A DNA stretch of 53,288 nucleotides from a virus (lineage: Duplodnaviria > Caudoviricetes). The translations under genes were made by a program, and so were the position numbers. Positions 44,120-53,288 of this stretch are shown in pieces; within the stretch, counting starts at the first letter, position 1; each line of letters starts with the position of its first letter. The stretch is taken from positions 1-53,288 of the IMG/VR virus record IMGVR_UViG_3300037507_002397. The stretch is one strand, 5' to 3'. Under the pieces are notes generated by a model. The model saw nothing but the letters and a program-made list of their open reading frames with translations, ran no database searches and was not told where the DNA came from.

Positions 44120-44475
44120 CGAATAACTCCCGAGTCCGATAGTGCTTGGACACCTTTGTATGCCATGACAAGTCCGCTGATGAACGCAACAACGCCACCA
44201 GAAAGGATCCAGTTTTGGACCCTCTGTGTCCTTAGGTATCTTTGCTCGATGCGGTCGAGCCTCATTCCGATGCCAGGTTTTTCGGCGTCCATGCCAAAAA
44301 CAGCTCCGTCTAGCTTTCTGATGTTCTCGAGCAGACCAGCACTGGCACGCTCTTGATTTTCTAGCTGCGTGGCAATTCGCTGAAGACTTACAGTTGCCTG
44401 CAACATCTTGTCGCTGATGTCCCGCTGTGACTCTTGAAGCTGTCCGATGAACGCGGTGAGTGCAGAGGTTTCCAT
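44116..44475 (-). CDS. Coiled-coil plus single-TM protein (holin/XhlA-like)
   Basis: Coiled coil, KPGIGMRLDRIE, C-terminal TM; follows the fibre genes. Confidence 0.5.
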   Translation of the reverse strand: METSALTAFIGQLQESQRDISDKMLQATVSLQRIATQLENQERASAGLLENIRKLDGAVFGMDAEKPGIGMRLDRIEQRYLRTQRVQNWILSGGVVAFISGLVMAYKGVQALSDSGVIR

Positions 44476-44476
44476 T

Positions 44477-45154
44477 TCAGGTGCTGCTCAAAATTTGCCA
44501 AGCTGTTCCGTCCGAAGCGATCACGACGCTCCGATTGGTAGTGGATAAAACCAAAGTCGCAGATCCATCAATAGTCTCTGCGCCGTTTCCATCTATTGTT
44601 ACATTGCCGCCAGCAACGCTTGTCGCCTTGACCGTCAAGCACTTTCCTTTAGCTGAGGCAGCGGTCGGCAGCGTGATAGTAAACGCGCCCACGGTTGCAT
44701 CCGCGAGGATGACCTCATCCTGCACCGTCGCCGTATAGGTGGTTGTCTCTGTGCGAAAATGCCGACGCACTTGACCGTCGCCAGTCTGGAAAGCCCACCA
44801 GCTTGTGCCATCGCACCAGAGCGTGACCAGCTGGTACTTGTTACGCATGACCAGCGTGAGCTCACCGTTGATCGTCTCGCTTGCGTTCGCGTCGATCGTG
44901 ATCGCGTTGGTGACATCCTTAGCCAGGAACATCAAGGTCGCGTTAGTGCTTGAGGCTGCCGCGGGCAGCGTGATTGTTACAGCTCCAGAGCTGGCATCCA
45001 CAACGGCAAGGGCATCGGTCAGCGCAGCCGTGTAGCTCGTCGTCTTATTGGCGTTGTCGAGCGTGTGCCGATACGCGATCAGGTTGTTCACCTTGGTGAT
45101 GAATGCCTCATATGTCGTATCCGTACCAAGAATACTTGAGAGAAGTGATGTCAT
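44477..45154 (-). CDS. Fibre/baseplate-associated protein with two internal repeats
   Basis: Two copies of YTA...DA..GA.TITLP.AAS....TID.N..ETI.G; ATG 45154 overlaps the upstream stop. Confidence 0.7.
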   Translation of the reverse strand: MTSLLSSILGTDTTYEAFITKVNNLIAYRHTLDNANKTTSYTAALTDALAVVDASSGAVTITLPAAASSTNATLMFLAKDVTNAITIDANASETINGELTLVMRNKYQLVTLWCDGTSWWAFQTGDGQVRRHFRTETTTYTATVQDEVILADATVGAFTITLPTAASAKGKCLTVKATSVAGGNVTIDGNGAETIDGSATLVLSTTNRSVVIASDGTAWQILSST

Positions 45155-45315
45155 CGCCAAACCCCAGACACCTTGATGTTAGGTGTCGCCGTTTTCCAAA
45201 CGCCTGAGACTTTGATCCACGTGGTAGCCTGCTTCCACGTTCCAGATATCTTGATCCAGAACGTGTTGGAGGGAGCAGGCGCTCCCTGTGAAGACAGTAG
45301 AGTCAGAAGCGTCAT
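45151..45315 (-). CDS. Small protein (54 aa) with three xIKxSGxWK/R repeats, below the ORF-track cut-off
   Basis: Translated by hand: MTLLTLLSSQGAPAPSNTFWIKISGTWKQATTWIKVSGVWKTATPNIKVSGVWR; coupled on both sides. Confidence 0.75.
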   Translation of the reverse strand: MTLLTLLSSQGAPAPSNTFWIKISGTWKQATTWIKVSGVWKTATPNIKVSGVWR

Positions 45316-45476
45316 AGCAATGTCTTCAGCTGCGCCAACGTGGCCTGAACTTCAGAAATCATCACATCGGCTGACTCTACTTGGTCGATGTCTCCAAGCG
45401 CTTCATACGATGACTTGATCTGCTCCAGGTGAGCGATCCTCTTTTCTAGCATGGCAATGAGATATTGAATGTTCAC
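45312..45476 (-). CDS. Small helical protein (54 aa), below the ORF-track cut-off
   Basis: Translated by hand: MNIQYLIAMLEKRIAHLEQ...EVQATLAQLKTLL; coupled on both sides. Confidence 0.7.
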   Translation of the reverse strand: MNIQYLIAMLEKRIAHLEQIKSSYEALGDIDQVESADVMISEVQATLAQLKTLL

Positions 45477-47341
45477 TAGATCACCATCTGTCGCATTTGG
45501 ATAGTGAGGCTGTTCAGAATCATGTGTATGTACACGATCTCAGTCCCGCCATCGGTGTAGCTAACGTCGAAAGCTGTATCGCCAACAACTCCCGTTCCGT
45601 TGGGGTACAGCATAGTTGACCACGGATCCATCTCCCCGGTCGCGATGCTGTAACGGAACCAGCGTTGGTTGTTGTCTTTGTGAATGTAGATGTAATCTTT
45701 GCTGTAAACGTATTTCGTGCCAGTTCCAAATGTTTCAGTAATAGGAGCATATCCAACCGTTGAGACCCATGTGTTCGAAGGAATGTCATAGACATCAAGG
45801 GCCGTTCCAGCTGATCCACGGAACGAATAAATGCGGCGTCCGTTGATTATGTTGTTTTCGTCAGACCAAGCGCTGTCAGTAACCGAGTGGATCCAATGAG
45901 CTCCAACTGCTGTTCCTGGGGCAGCGGCTCGTGCTACGTTGGGACTTATGGTTGTCCAAGTATTATTACTGATTGAATAACGGTATAGCGTGACTGCGTT
46001 GTTGCCCAAATAGTAGATGTTGTCGTCGTTTCCTTCGATACTGTAGACAGAAGTGCTGTCGGGGTTGGTGTTCCATCCGCTTACAGTCAGAGCTGTGGCT
46101 GTATTGCTTGCGATGGGACGTATTTGCCCAGCGCCAGTGCCGCTTACGATACGAACTTGGTAGTTCGTCCATTGGTTCGTTGCCCAGGTTTTGGCGCTGT
46201 TGACAAGTGTAGTAGATGTGCCGCTGGTCGCTGTGCCGGTTGCAAATTGCTTGTATGTGGTATCGACCCAAGAAGGGGTTGCAATGAGTCGGCTATCGGT
46301 TCCGATCGTTGCAGCCAATCCAGTGATTGTTGCCGTCGTCCAAGTGTTTGTGGCAAGGTCATACTTTCGGAAAGATCCGGCCGCCATGGTTCCACCGTTT
46401 AGCACGAACCAAGTTGGAGTCATGAGCCGGAATACACTGCTTGTCGTAAAGGCGCTTCCCTGAGTCGGAACTGTGATTGTGCTTGCGAACTGGACCGCCT
46501 GTGAGGTAGCCATAGATCCAGTTCCACCAGTACATCCAGTGAAACTACTCGCTGTGATTCCAGTGTAAGTGATGAGCTGATCCGCACCAGAAATCCGGAT
46601 TAGGATGCGACCACTTTGCGGAAAACCGGCAGTCGAAGCGACGTTGATTGTGCTTTGAGGTAAGGCCGCTCCGTTGCTTCCTGCCGCAATTGTTGTGGTT
46701 CCAACAAAAGTCGTGTTGCTGCTGATCTGGATTGTCGATCCGGCGTTCGGACCAGACATGATGTGGACCGAATAGCCACGAAGGTCACGAGCCAAAAGTT
46801 GGTTGGTAACCAGTGTCGTCGTCGACCCATCCAAAGCGAGCAATCCTGCGAATTGCACTGTCTGGTTGGTTAGCAGCGTGCCTGTGCCACCAGCGCATCC
46901 ACCGAACTGCGTTCCGCTGACAACACTTGTGTATGTGATGAGCTGCCGTCCATTAGAAGCTGTGTCAACATAGAACGCACCAGCAGCCGGAAATCCAGTT
47001 GTGCTTGCTACGTTGATGGTCGACTGCGGAAGTGCAGCGCCGTTGCTACCGGCAGCGATTGTTGTAGCTGCAACAACGGATCCCACGCTATAAGCGATAG
47101 AAGTTCCAGCAGTGCCAGCTCCAAAGGTGCCTACAAGAGCCGCACTGGGAAGCTGTACGAAGCCGTCCTCCCTTGGGTTGTACAGGAAGTGCGACGATGC
47201 ACTGACACAATACAGTTGCTGCTGACGGTAGTGCCTGCTGGATGATATGAACACTCCTGCCGCCGTCGCGCTAGGAGCGGGACACACCATCTCCCACCGC
47301 TTGAGATCCAGTATTTTTCTATTTCCGTTCGTTGTCGGCAT
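45476..47341 (-). CDS. Kelch-like beta-propeller virion/receptor-binding protein with duplicated insert
   Basis: Repeated Y.I..NTW blades; two copies of TTIAAGSNGAALPQSTINVAST.GFP..G. Confidence 0.7.
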   Translation of the reverse strand: MPTTNGNRKILDLKRWEMVCPAPSATAAGVFISSSRHYRQQQLYCVSASSHFLYNPREDGFVQLPSAALVGTFGAGTAGTSIAYSVGSVVAATTIAAGSNGAALPQSTINVASTTGFPAAGAFYVDTASNGRQLITYTSVVSGTQFGGCAGGTGTLLTNQTVQFAGLLALDGSTTTLVTNQLLARDLRGYSVHIMSGPNAGSTIQISSNTTFVGTTTIAAGSNGAALPQSTINVASTAGFPQSGRILIRISGADQLITYTGITASSFTGCTGGTGSMATSQAVQFASTITVPTQGSAFTTSSVFRLMTPTWFVLNGGTMAAGSFRKYDLATNTWTTATITGLAATIGTDSRLIATPSWVDTTYKQFATGTATSGTSTTLVNSAKTWATNQWTNYQVRIVSGTGAGQIRPIASNTATALTVSGWNTNPDSTSVYSIEGNDDNIYYLGNNAVTLYRYSISNNTWTTISPNVARAAAPGTAVGAHWIHSVTDSAWSDENNIINGRRIYSFRGSAGTALDVYDIPSNTWVSTVGYAPITETFGTGTKYVYSKDYIYIHKDNNQRWFRYSIATGEMDPWSTMLYPNGTGVVGDTAFDVSYTDGGTEIVYIHMILNSLTIQMRQMVI

Positions 47342-47787
47342 TAGGTCACCGTGATATTGCGTCGAAGGTTGTCAGCGCGAAGCGTGGTAAAAGCTGGGAT
47401 TTGATCGTTTGCATTCAAACCACCGACCTGGCTTTGATTTGTCACCGTACTAACGGTGGTTACAGTTCCGCTTGAAATCGTAGCACTCATATTCAACGAA
47501 GCGGCAGTCGCTTGCGTGACCTCGGCTCGAAGTCGACCCGAAGATGGATCAACTGTTATCAAGCCTATGCTGCGGCTCAGCGAATGAACTGCCATTCTCA
47601 ACGCCTCTATAGCGTCGACAAGCTCTCCGCTTGGAATGATCGAAGGGAGTGGGTCGGTGCTGCTCGCATCCACCGCAGATCCATCGACACCGTGCGTCAA
47701 CTTGACGCGCTGATAGAGCGCGCCTCCGATGTCGTCGGCTGCGACTGTCGCTCCCGATCCAGGTGTGTATCCTACGTTGTCTGCCAT
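47341..47787 (-). CDS. Fibre-module protein
   Basis: MADNVGYTPGSGATVAADDIGG; between collagen and propeller genes. Confidence 0.65.
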   Translation of the reverse strand: MADNVGYTPGSGATVAADDIGGALYQRVKLTHGVDGSAVDASSTDPLPSIIPSGELVDAIEALRMAVHSLSRSIGLITVDPSSGRLRAEVTQATAASLNMSATISSGTVTTVSTVTNQSQVGGLNANDQIPAFTTLRADNLRRNITVT

Positions 47788-47789
47788 GA

Positions 47790-48773
47790 TTAGACGTACT
47801 GAAGGTAGATGTCACCGTCGGACCCGCCGCTTGGTGATGCGGTCCCGCTTGTGATCGTGATGCCCCAAAAAGTATCATAATCGGTGCTGCTTGCTTTTGT
47901 AAGCAACTGGCCGAGGATGCCGCCGGTATCAAGTCCTGGGCCAGCGGCTCCGGTTGCTCCGGTCGCCCCGGTCGCCCCGGTTGCCCCGGTTGCGCCTGTT
48001 GGTCCGGCAGGTCCTGTATTCCCCGTATCTCCGCGAGGAATCGTGAAATCGACTACCTGCGATGGAGCGGTTCCCGTGATCGTGACGACTGCGGATGAAC
48101 CCGCGGCACCCGTGGTCACTGTTCCGACAGTCAGACTGTTCGCTGGACCGGTCGCTCCCGTTGCACCCGTCGCTCCGGTCGTTCCCGTCAAGCCGGTGTC
48201 TCCGCGCGGAATCGTTAGGTCTAGCGTTTGACTCGGAGCGGTGCCAGTGATTGTCGCAGACGCCGAAGATCCAGCAGCTCCAGTGGTGACCGTTCCAATT
48301 GTGAGAGAGTTTGCAGGACCAGCTGGGCCAGTAGATCCAGCTGGTCCAGTTGCACCGGTAGATCCAGTCGGGCCAACGTCACCTTGGGGAATGGTCAGGT
48401 CTAGCGTCTGATTTGGAGCAGCGCCAGTAATCGTCGCAGCGGCCGAGGAACCCGGCGCTCCTGTCGTAACTGCGCCGATCGAGAGGCTGTTAGCTGGACC
48501 CGTAGCACCCGTAGCACCCGTAGCACCAGCAGGACCAGCGGGACCGGCAGGACCGGTCGACCCGATATCTCCCTTGTCGCCTTTGCTTCCATTCGCGCCG
48601 GCAACACCTTGGATACCTTGGACACCTTGCGGTCCCGCAGGTCCAGTAGCTCCAGCGGGACCTTGAGCTCCGGCAACACCTTGCGGCCCCTGCTGTGCGG
48701 TGCTTACCGTGACAGCCAGCGTTGTCTCATTGACGACGACAGTAAACGGGAAATCGTTGAGGCTTGTAGTCAC
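47790..48773 (-). CDS. Collagen-like fibre protein
   Basis: G-X-Y runs separated by three NSL..G.VTTGA.GSSA..TITG.AP.Q..D.TIP.GD modules. Confidence 0.9.
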   Translation of the reverse strand: MTTSLNDFPFTVVVNETTLAVTVSTAQQGPQGVAGAQGPAGATGPAGPQGVQGIQGVAGANGSKGDKGDIGSTGPAGPAGPAGATGATGATGPANSLSIGAVTTGAPGSSAAATITGAAPNQTLDLTIPQGDVGPTGSTGATGPAGSTGPAGPANSLTIGTVTTGAAGSSASATITGTAPSQTLDLTIPRGDTGLTGTTGATGATGATGPANSLTVGTVTTGAAGSSAVVTITGTAPSQVVDFTIPRGDTGNTGPAGPTGATGATGATGATGATGAAGPGLDTGGILGQLLTKASSTDYDTFWGITITSGTASPSGGSDGDIYLQYV

Positions 48774-48848
48774 ACTACAAAGTCTCCTTTGCCTGCAAGC
48801 CGATAGCTCCAGTGGAGCCTATCACGCCGCACGGACAGGCAATGCCGT

Positions 48849-49196
48849 TCACTTTGTTACCTCCAAACTCACATTGAACGATCCTTGAAGCAAACGAGTG
48901 ACGACGCCACCACTCACAAGCTCCAAGTCATACACGTAGGACCCCCCCGAGAGAGCTGCGGTTGTCGTGGCGGATGCTTGAAGCGATATTGTCCCCGTCG
49001 CTCCACCAAGGATCAGGCCACCGTTTTCGGTCGTCAGGACCAAGATCGTAGAGGCACTGTGCGGCTCTACGCGCACGTGCATCCTAGCCGTGTAAGAGGT
49101 CAGGTCTATGGGAGATCCAGTTGAATCCGTCCATGTCACCGTGCGAGTCAAGGTTGATCCTTGCTCAGCTTGGATGTTGTAGATTCCGGCCGGCAT
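48849..49196 (-). CDS. BppU-like Ig-fold fibre anchor/adaptor
   Basis: QGST......W.D..G.PIDLT.YTARM.VR...YVYDLE.......RLL.G. Confidence 0.7.
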   Translation of the reverse strand: MPAGIYNIQAEQGSTLTRTVTWTDSTGSPIDLTSYTARMHVRVEPHSASTILVLTTENGGLILGGATGTISLQASATTTAALSGGSYVYDLELVSGGVVTRLLQGSFNVSLEVTK

Positions 49197-49245
49197 GTCG
49201 AGAAGTATGCCTTCGACATCACGACACTACGGACCCCGTGGGATA

Positions 49246-50103
49246 TCAGGAAATCCTAGTAGCCTCTACAAAAGATCCGGCCTTGATCGTCGTGGTATCC
49301 CCTGCCGTCGCAGAAGCGTAGCGCAGTTTGACGCTTCCAGAGGTTGTGGAATTTAGGACGGTTCCGACCACTTCGATATATCCGCCGGAGGTGTACGTGC
49401 CGGTCCCAAATGTCGTGCTCTGAGCATCATCAGAAGTAATGCTATCTGAAATAATGGCCGCAGCCGTCGCTCTTGATCCACGGATCACCGCTTCAATCGT
49501 CGCTCCAGTGGGTACATCAAGTCCCCACTTGTGACCATTGGCCGTGCTGCACTTTGTGAATGCCTGAAACGTGAAGGACCAAGCCTCTGATGATCCAATA
49601 GAAAATGATAGGCCGGTATCCGAGTTTGTCGCAGAGGTTGTAGTTCCGTCACTTGCAAGCCTTGAAACACTGAACCATTCTCTGCTAGTGCTGTTTATTT
49701 CGACGTCTACCCGCTCGTTTCCAGCGTCATCAGCGATCGAGAAAGTTGTGTCGGTTCCGGTCGTAAAGTTGATTTGGCGTCTTGTAGCGACAAGAGATCC
49801 CTCAAGCGCGACTTGGACTCTCGAATTTACGTCTGCAACGCCTGATGTCGCAGTCGTCAATACCTCATCAACTCCAATCGTAAACTTTCCGGTTCCTTTT
49901 GTGTCGATCCTAAGACCGATATTGGTATCAGACCCGAGAGCCTGTAGTCGAACAGCGGTTCCGGTTGATCCTGGTCTAACTCCTAGATAGTTGACCGAGT
50001 TAGACAAAGGAACTAATGAGATAACGGTAGCGCCATCGAGACCTAGGATGCTGGCAAAGCTGGCATCAATAGGAAGAGTAAACGAAGAAAATACTCTCGG
50101 CAT
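49246..50103 (-). CDS. Putative tail fibre/spike protein (start ATG 50103)
   Basis: Thr/Ser/Gly-rich beta-type composition; C-terminal TTTIKAGSF; after J. Confidence 0.6.
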   Translation of the reverse strand: MPRVFSSFTLPIDASFASILGLDGATVISLVPLSNSVNYLGVRPGSTGTAVRLQALGSDTNIGLRIDTKGTGKFTIGVDEVLTTATSGVADVNSRVQVALEGSLVATRRQINFTTGTDTTFSIADDAGNERVDVEINSTSREWFSVSRLASDGTTTSATNSDTGLSFSIGSSEAWSFTFQAFTKCSTANGHKWGLDVPTGATIEAVIRGSRATAAAIISDSITSDDAQSTTFGTGTYTSGGYIEVVGTVLNSTTSGSVKLRYASATAGDTTTIKAGSFVEATRIS

Positions 50104-50459
50104 CAGTAGGTCCACCTTTCCATAAATACTAGAACACGGATGTCAGCTCCGCTGCTCTCGTATGCGCGCACGCTTACAGTTGAAGTCAGCCGCACTTTGA
50201 AAGCGAGCTGTATCGTATGTGGACGAACTTGGACAGAAATCTCATCCGTTGCCGTTGTTCCGCCAACTTGAAAATATACTGTTCGAGTCGTGTGAGTGCT
50301 GATGTTCGAGACCCAAAGCTCCACATCCTCGACCTCGTTTGATCCAGCAGCGCAAGTGTGAATCAAGGTTCCAGGACTGGACGTGGCCGTGACTTGGATT
50401 GGACGGCCATTTGTAGAGGCCGATGCAGGACCAAACGAGATATCGCCTTTATTAGCCAC
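50103..50459 (-). CDS. Small virion protein (start GTG 50459)
   Basis: SASTNGRPIQV.AT.SPGTLIHT; overlaps the J stop. Confidence 0.6.
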   Translation of the reverse strand: MANKGDISFGPASASTNGRPIQVTATSSPGTLIHTCAAGSNEVEDVELWVSNISTHTTRTVYFQVGGTTATDEISVQVRPHTIQLAFKVRLTSTVSVRAYESSGADIRVLVFMERWTY

Positions 50460-53288
50460 GTGTGAGCATCTTTCGAAGGACGGTTTCCTGAACGGGAGCG
50501 CGCTCCCAGACACCTACAGGTTGCCGCGAGAGCTTCGAGGCGCACCTGTACATGCGAACATTATAGGTTGTAGTGGGACGCGTCAATGTGATCCGAAATT
50601 GCACGTTCACAAAGTTGTAGTATCCGGGTTCATATCTGATCCAGCTACCGAAGCTGCCGGCCGCGCTGGTAGTGAATCGCATTTCAACCGTGATCGTGCA
50701 GGGCTGGTAGTCCTTGATGAAGTCAAACTCAGGCGTCTCGGCCTTTGGGTAGGCCATAAGCCCCTCCGCCGTCATGTTGCTGGAGATTGGCGAGTCCACG
50801 GGTAGGTCGATCAAATCGGCGACCGTCCAGGGCGAGACCTGATCGACCACGGCATGGAACTGCACCCACGCCCACTCCGGCTGCGCCGTGAGCATTGTGA
50901 GCTTGCCGGCCGTGGTGTATGTCCCTGACAAGTTCGAGCCGCTGAACTCGACAACGTTGCGCCCGTTGTACGCGGTCACCTGAAGCCCGGACAGCTGCGG
51001 CTGACCAAGACCGCCGTTGATCCATTGCCCGGGGCTGCTGGCAAAGTCCTCCCACGCTTGGTCGGGATAGTTCGTGTAGTCGCTATACGGCGGCTGCAAG
51101 ACCACGGCCCCATCTGGCGAAGGGTTGAAGCCCTCGAGAACAACGGCCTCAGAATACTGGCCGCGGCCGTCTCGGCTCCTTACGTAGAGCTTAGGCGCAG
51201 ACTCGCCAAGCGCGTTTGATCCAGCCCCGACCCAGTTCGTCGTGGCAAGTGAGGTCTGGCCCTCTGGAATTACTCCGACCGGCTGGCCTAGGATCCAGCC
51301 ACCGCGCCGGATCTCGTAAGACAAACCGCGGGAGTTTTCAGGCGGTGTGATCGAGTACACGGCCAAGTCGCCTTGCATCGTCGCCGAGAAGGCCAGCGGC
51401 GGCGGCGGTGCGGCCCAGATGCCGCGGAGCGCGATGGCGACCTTGGTGCATTGTTCCGGCCGCCGATACTGACCACTGAAGCTCAAAGGCTGCACGCAGA
51501 ACTGGTACACGCGTGTGGGAGCTCCGTCAGGGACAATGAAGTCAAAGTACGTTTTTCCACCCTCGACGCTGCCAGCCGGCTGCCAGGGTTCCTCATCTCC
51601 ACGGCGCATCATGATCCGCGCACCGGCCACCGAGCGGATCGTGTCCGCGTCATGCGACCAGGAGAGGTGAATGACCTGCACGAACGCGCCGCTCGGGGTC
51701 TGCTCGATCGTGTCCGTGGCCGCGAGCAGCGTCACGTCCTTGGGGATCGTGCGCTGGTTTGCGACCGGCTCATCCTCCGGCTCCTGCGACGAGAGCGGAA
51801 GAGTCTCGAGGCTGTCCTCGACATCGTACACGGTCGCGTCGTACTTGATCGCGCGCACCGTGCGCTTGAAGTCTTCCGATAGGCTGATCTCGACGATCTG
51901 CACCAGAAGCTGCTCCGAGGTCTTGTAGAGCATCCACAGGTCGCCCTTCTTTGGGAGAGAGCTAAAGCCGGAGCTTGTGGCAATCGGGTTGCCAAGCGTG
52001 ACCGTGCCTGCACCTGTGCTTACTACTTTGATTTCAAAGGCATCTTGGACGTTTGAGCCAGAGCCCGTCTGCCCGATTTGGCTTGCAAGAATTTTCAAGC
52101 CATACACTCCAGCACCGATCGTAACGTCCCGGTCAAGATAGATTGACGTTGAGGAGCTGCTGTCCTGCAATACCCGGCCGGATGCTCCGAATGGCATGAT
52201 GTCGTGGCTGAGCTGCGCTACATCGCCAACCTCGAGAGCAAGGCCATCAATGCCCATCTCCCATTCAAAGGTCAGGTTCATCAGCCGATTGACGTTGGTT
52301 AAATAATGCAGCTGGCGCATCACTTGACTGCGCCGAGTGACTCCTGGCAGGTCGATGCTTTCCCGCTGAATGTCATAGCTCTCGGTCGTTACGTCTAGCT
52401 GCGGATCGTCAAAGCTGGCGACGCTGCGCTGGAAGTTGCGATCTTCGTCGAGGAAATCGCACGAGTAGCTGTTCGGTAGATTTACCGTGTCTCCAAAGCT
52501 CACCTTAAAGCTGCCCTCGACGATATTTCCCATCGTTACCATAGCCACAGGGCTGCGGGGACGCTCGTATCGCACGCGCACAATTCCACCCTCAATCATG
52601 GGCATCGCGCGCGCGGTCTGGCAGACGGACACCAGTGCGTCCCATGCGTTCGTGAACGTGTCGAAAACGCCGTTATAGGTGAAGCGCGGCTCGACTAGGT
52701 ACGCGGTTCCAGTGAGGGCGGGTGTGACGACAGTATCCCAAAATTGATTGTCGGCCCACGGGGCAGTTCCATAGGTATAGTTCAGCAGAACCTTCCAGCC
52801 CGCTAACGTGTTTGTTTTGGACACGATCTCGAAGCCCGAGATGTTCGCGTCGCTGATGTCAACCGAAAGGCCCGTGCCACTCTGGGGAATACCAGAGAAC
52901 GCGATCCAGCGCCCGGGAGTCCAGTATGCCGGCGGCTCGGTGGCGGCCCCAGTTGATGCGTTATACCTGAAGTGAACCTCCAGTCCGGGTGAACCGTCGT
53001 TGATCGCGCTTCCGTAAGAAAGATTGGCAATCGGATCTGGGTCTCCCAGAGTTTCGTCCATCGCCTGATCGTCAAAGCTGCGGCCCGCCGGAACTAGCTC
53101 ATCGCAGTAGTCGGCCCACGCCTTGAAGTCCTCGAGGTTGCAGCGCGAAAGCGGGAAGTCGATACCGCGGCCGTAGCGAGGATTCGAGATCACGTCGAGC
53201 GCGATCCAAGCCGGGTTCTGCGACCACTGGTAGGTCACGCTGGTTCCGTCGTACACGGGCACGGGCACTCCCTTGACCAGCGCGGTGA
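50452..53288 (-). CDS. C-terminal part of the gpJ-like central tail fibre
   Basis: WSQNPAWIALD...NPRYG.G, W...CDELV, LEVGDV..LSHD and FN3-like domains; continues from 1-2920. Confidence 0.93.
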   Translation of the reverse strand, partial: TALVKGVPVPVYDGTSVTYQWSQNPAWIALDVISNPRYGRGIDFPLSRCNLEDFKAWADYCDELVPAGRSFDDQAMDETLGDPDPIANLSYGSAINDGSPGLEVHFRYNASTGAATEPPAYWTPGRWIAFSGIPQSGTGLSVDISDANISGFEIVSKTNTLAGWKVLLNYTYGTAPWADNQFWDTVVTPALTGTAYLVEPRFTYNGVFDTFTNAWDALVSVCQTARAMPMIEGGIVRVRYERPRSPVAMVTMGNIVEGSFKVSFGDTVNLPNSYSCDFLDEDRNFQRSVASFDDPQLDVTTESYDIQRESIDLPGVTRRSQVMRQLHYLTNVNRLMNLTFEWEMGIDGLALEVGDVAQLSHDIMPFGASGRVLQDSSSSTSIYLDRDVTIGAGVYGLKILASQIGQTGSGSNVQDAFEIKVVSTGAGTVTLGNPIATSSGFSSLPKKGDLWMLYKTSEQLLVQIVEISLSEDFKRTVRAIKYDATVYDVEDSLETLPLSSQEPEDEPVANQRTIPKDVTLLAATDTIEQTPSGAFVQVIHLSWSHDADTIRSVAGARIMMRRGDEEPWQPAGSVEGGKTYFDFIVPDGAPTRVYQFCVQPLSFSGQYRRPEQCTKVAIALRGIWAAPPPPLAFSATMQGDLAVYSITPPENSRGLSYEIRRGGWILGQPVGVIPEGQTSLATTNWVGAGSNALGESAPKLYVRSRDGRGQYSEAVVLEGFNPSPDGAVVLQPPYSDYTNYPDQAWEDFASSPGQWINGGLGQPQLSGLQVTAYNGRNVVEFSGSNLSGTYTTAGKLTMLTAQPEWAWVQFHAVVDQVSPWTVADLIDLPVDSPISSNMTAEGLMAYPKAETPEFDFIKDYQPCTITVEMRFTTSAAGSFGSWIRYEPGYYNFVNVQFRITLTRPTTTYNVRMYRCASKLSRQPVGVWERAPVQETVLRKMLTRG
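52485..53288. repeat. Imperfect terminal direct repeat, copy 2
   Basis: See 1-804. Confidence 0.97.

Overview
The window looks like a complete, circularly permuted tailed-phage genome of about 52,484 bp plus an 804-bp terminal overlap (1-804 matches 52485-53288, with 41 mismatches by my hand count, almost all synonymous). It is siphovirus-like. Minus strand: terminase, portal-MuF fusion, prohead protease, HK97-fold capsid, three cement-like paralogs, neck, tail tube, G/GT chaperones, tape measure, lambda M/L/K/I-J-like tip genes (the J gene spans the contig ends), a fibre module and membrane/lysis-like genes. The centre holds a DUF1376 replication initiator with 11-bp-phased iterons, a RuvC-like resolvase and a divergent early control region at about 31.2-31.4 kb. 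The plus-strand early arm carries an i-type lysozyme, YqaJ/RecT, a Rad50-like ATPase and a metallophosphoesterase. The most striking non-coding signals are: (i) a complete type III hammerhead ribozyme between the first two genes of the leftward early operon (30786-30839, minus); (ii) a start-associated motif RGAAAGACRCR in front of five early genes; and (iii) two structured intergenic regions (about 40885-40997 and 41554-41661) whose plus-strand RNA carries the antisense of that motif. Together these suggest an RNA-based early-gene control circuit. All family assignments come from motif recognition by eye; no searches or folding programs were run.
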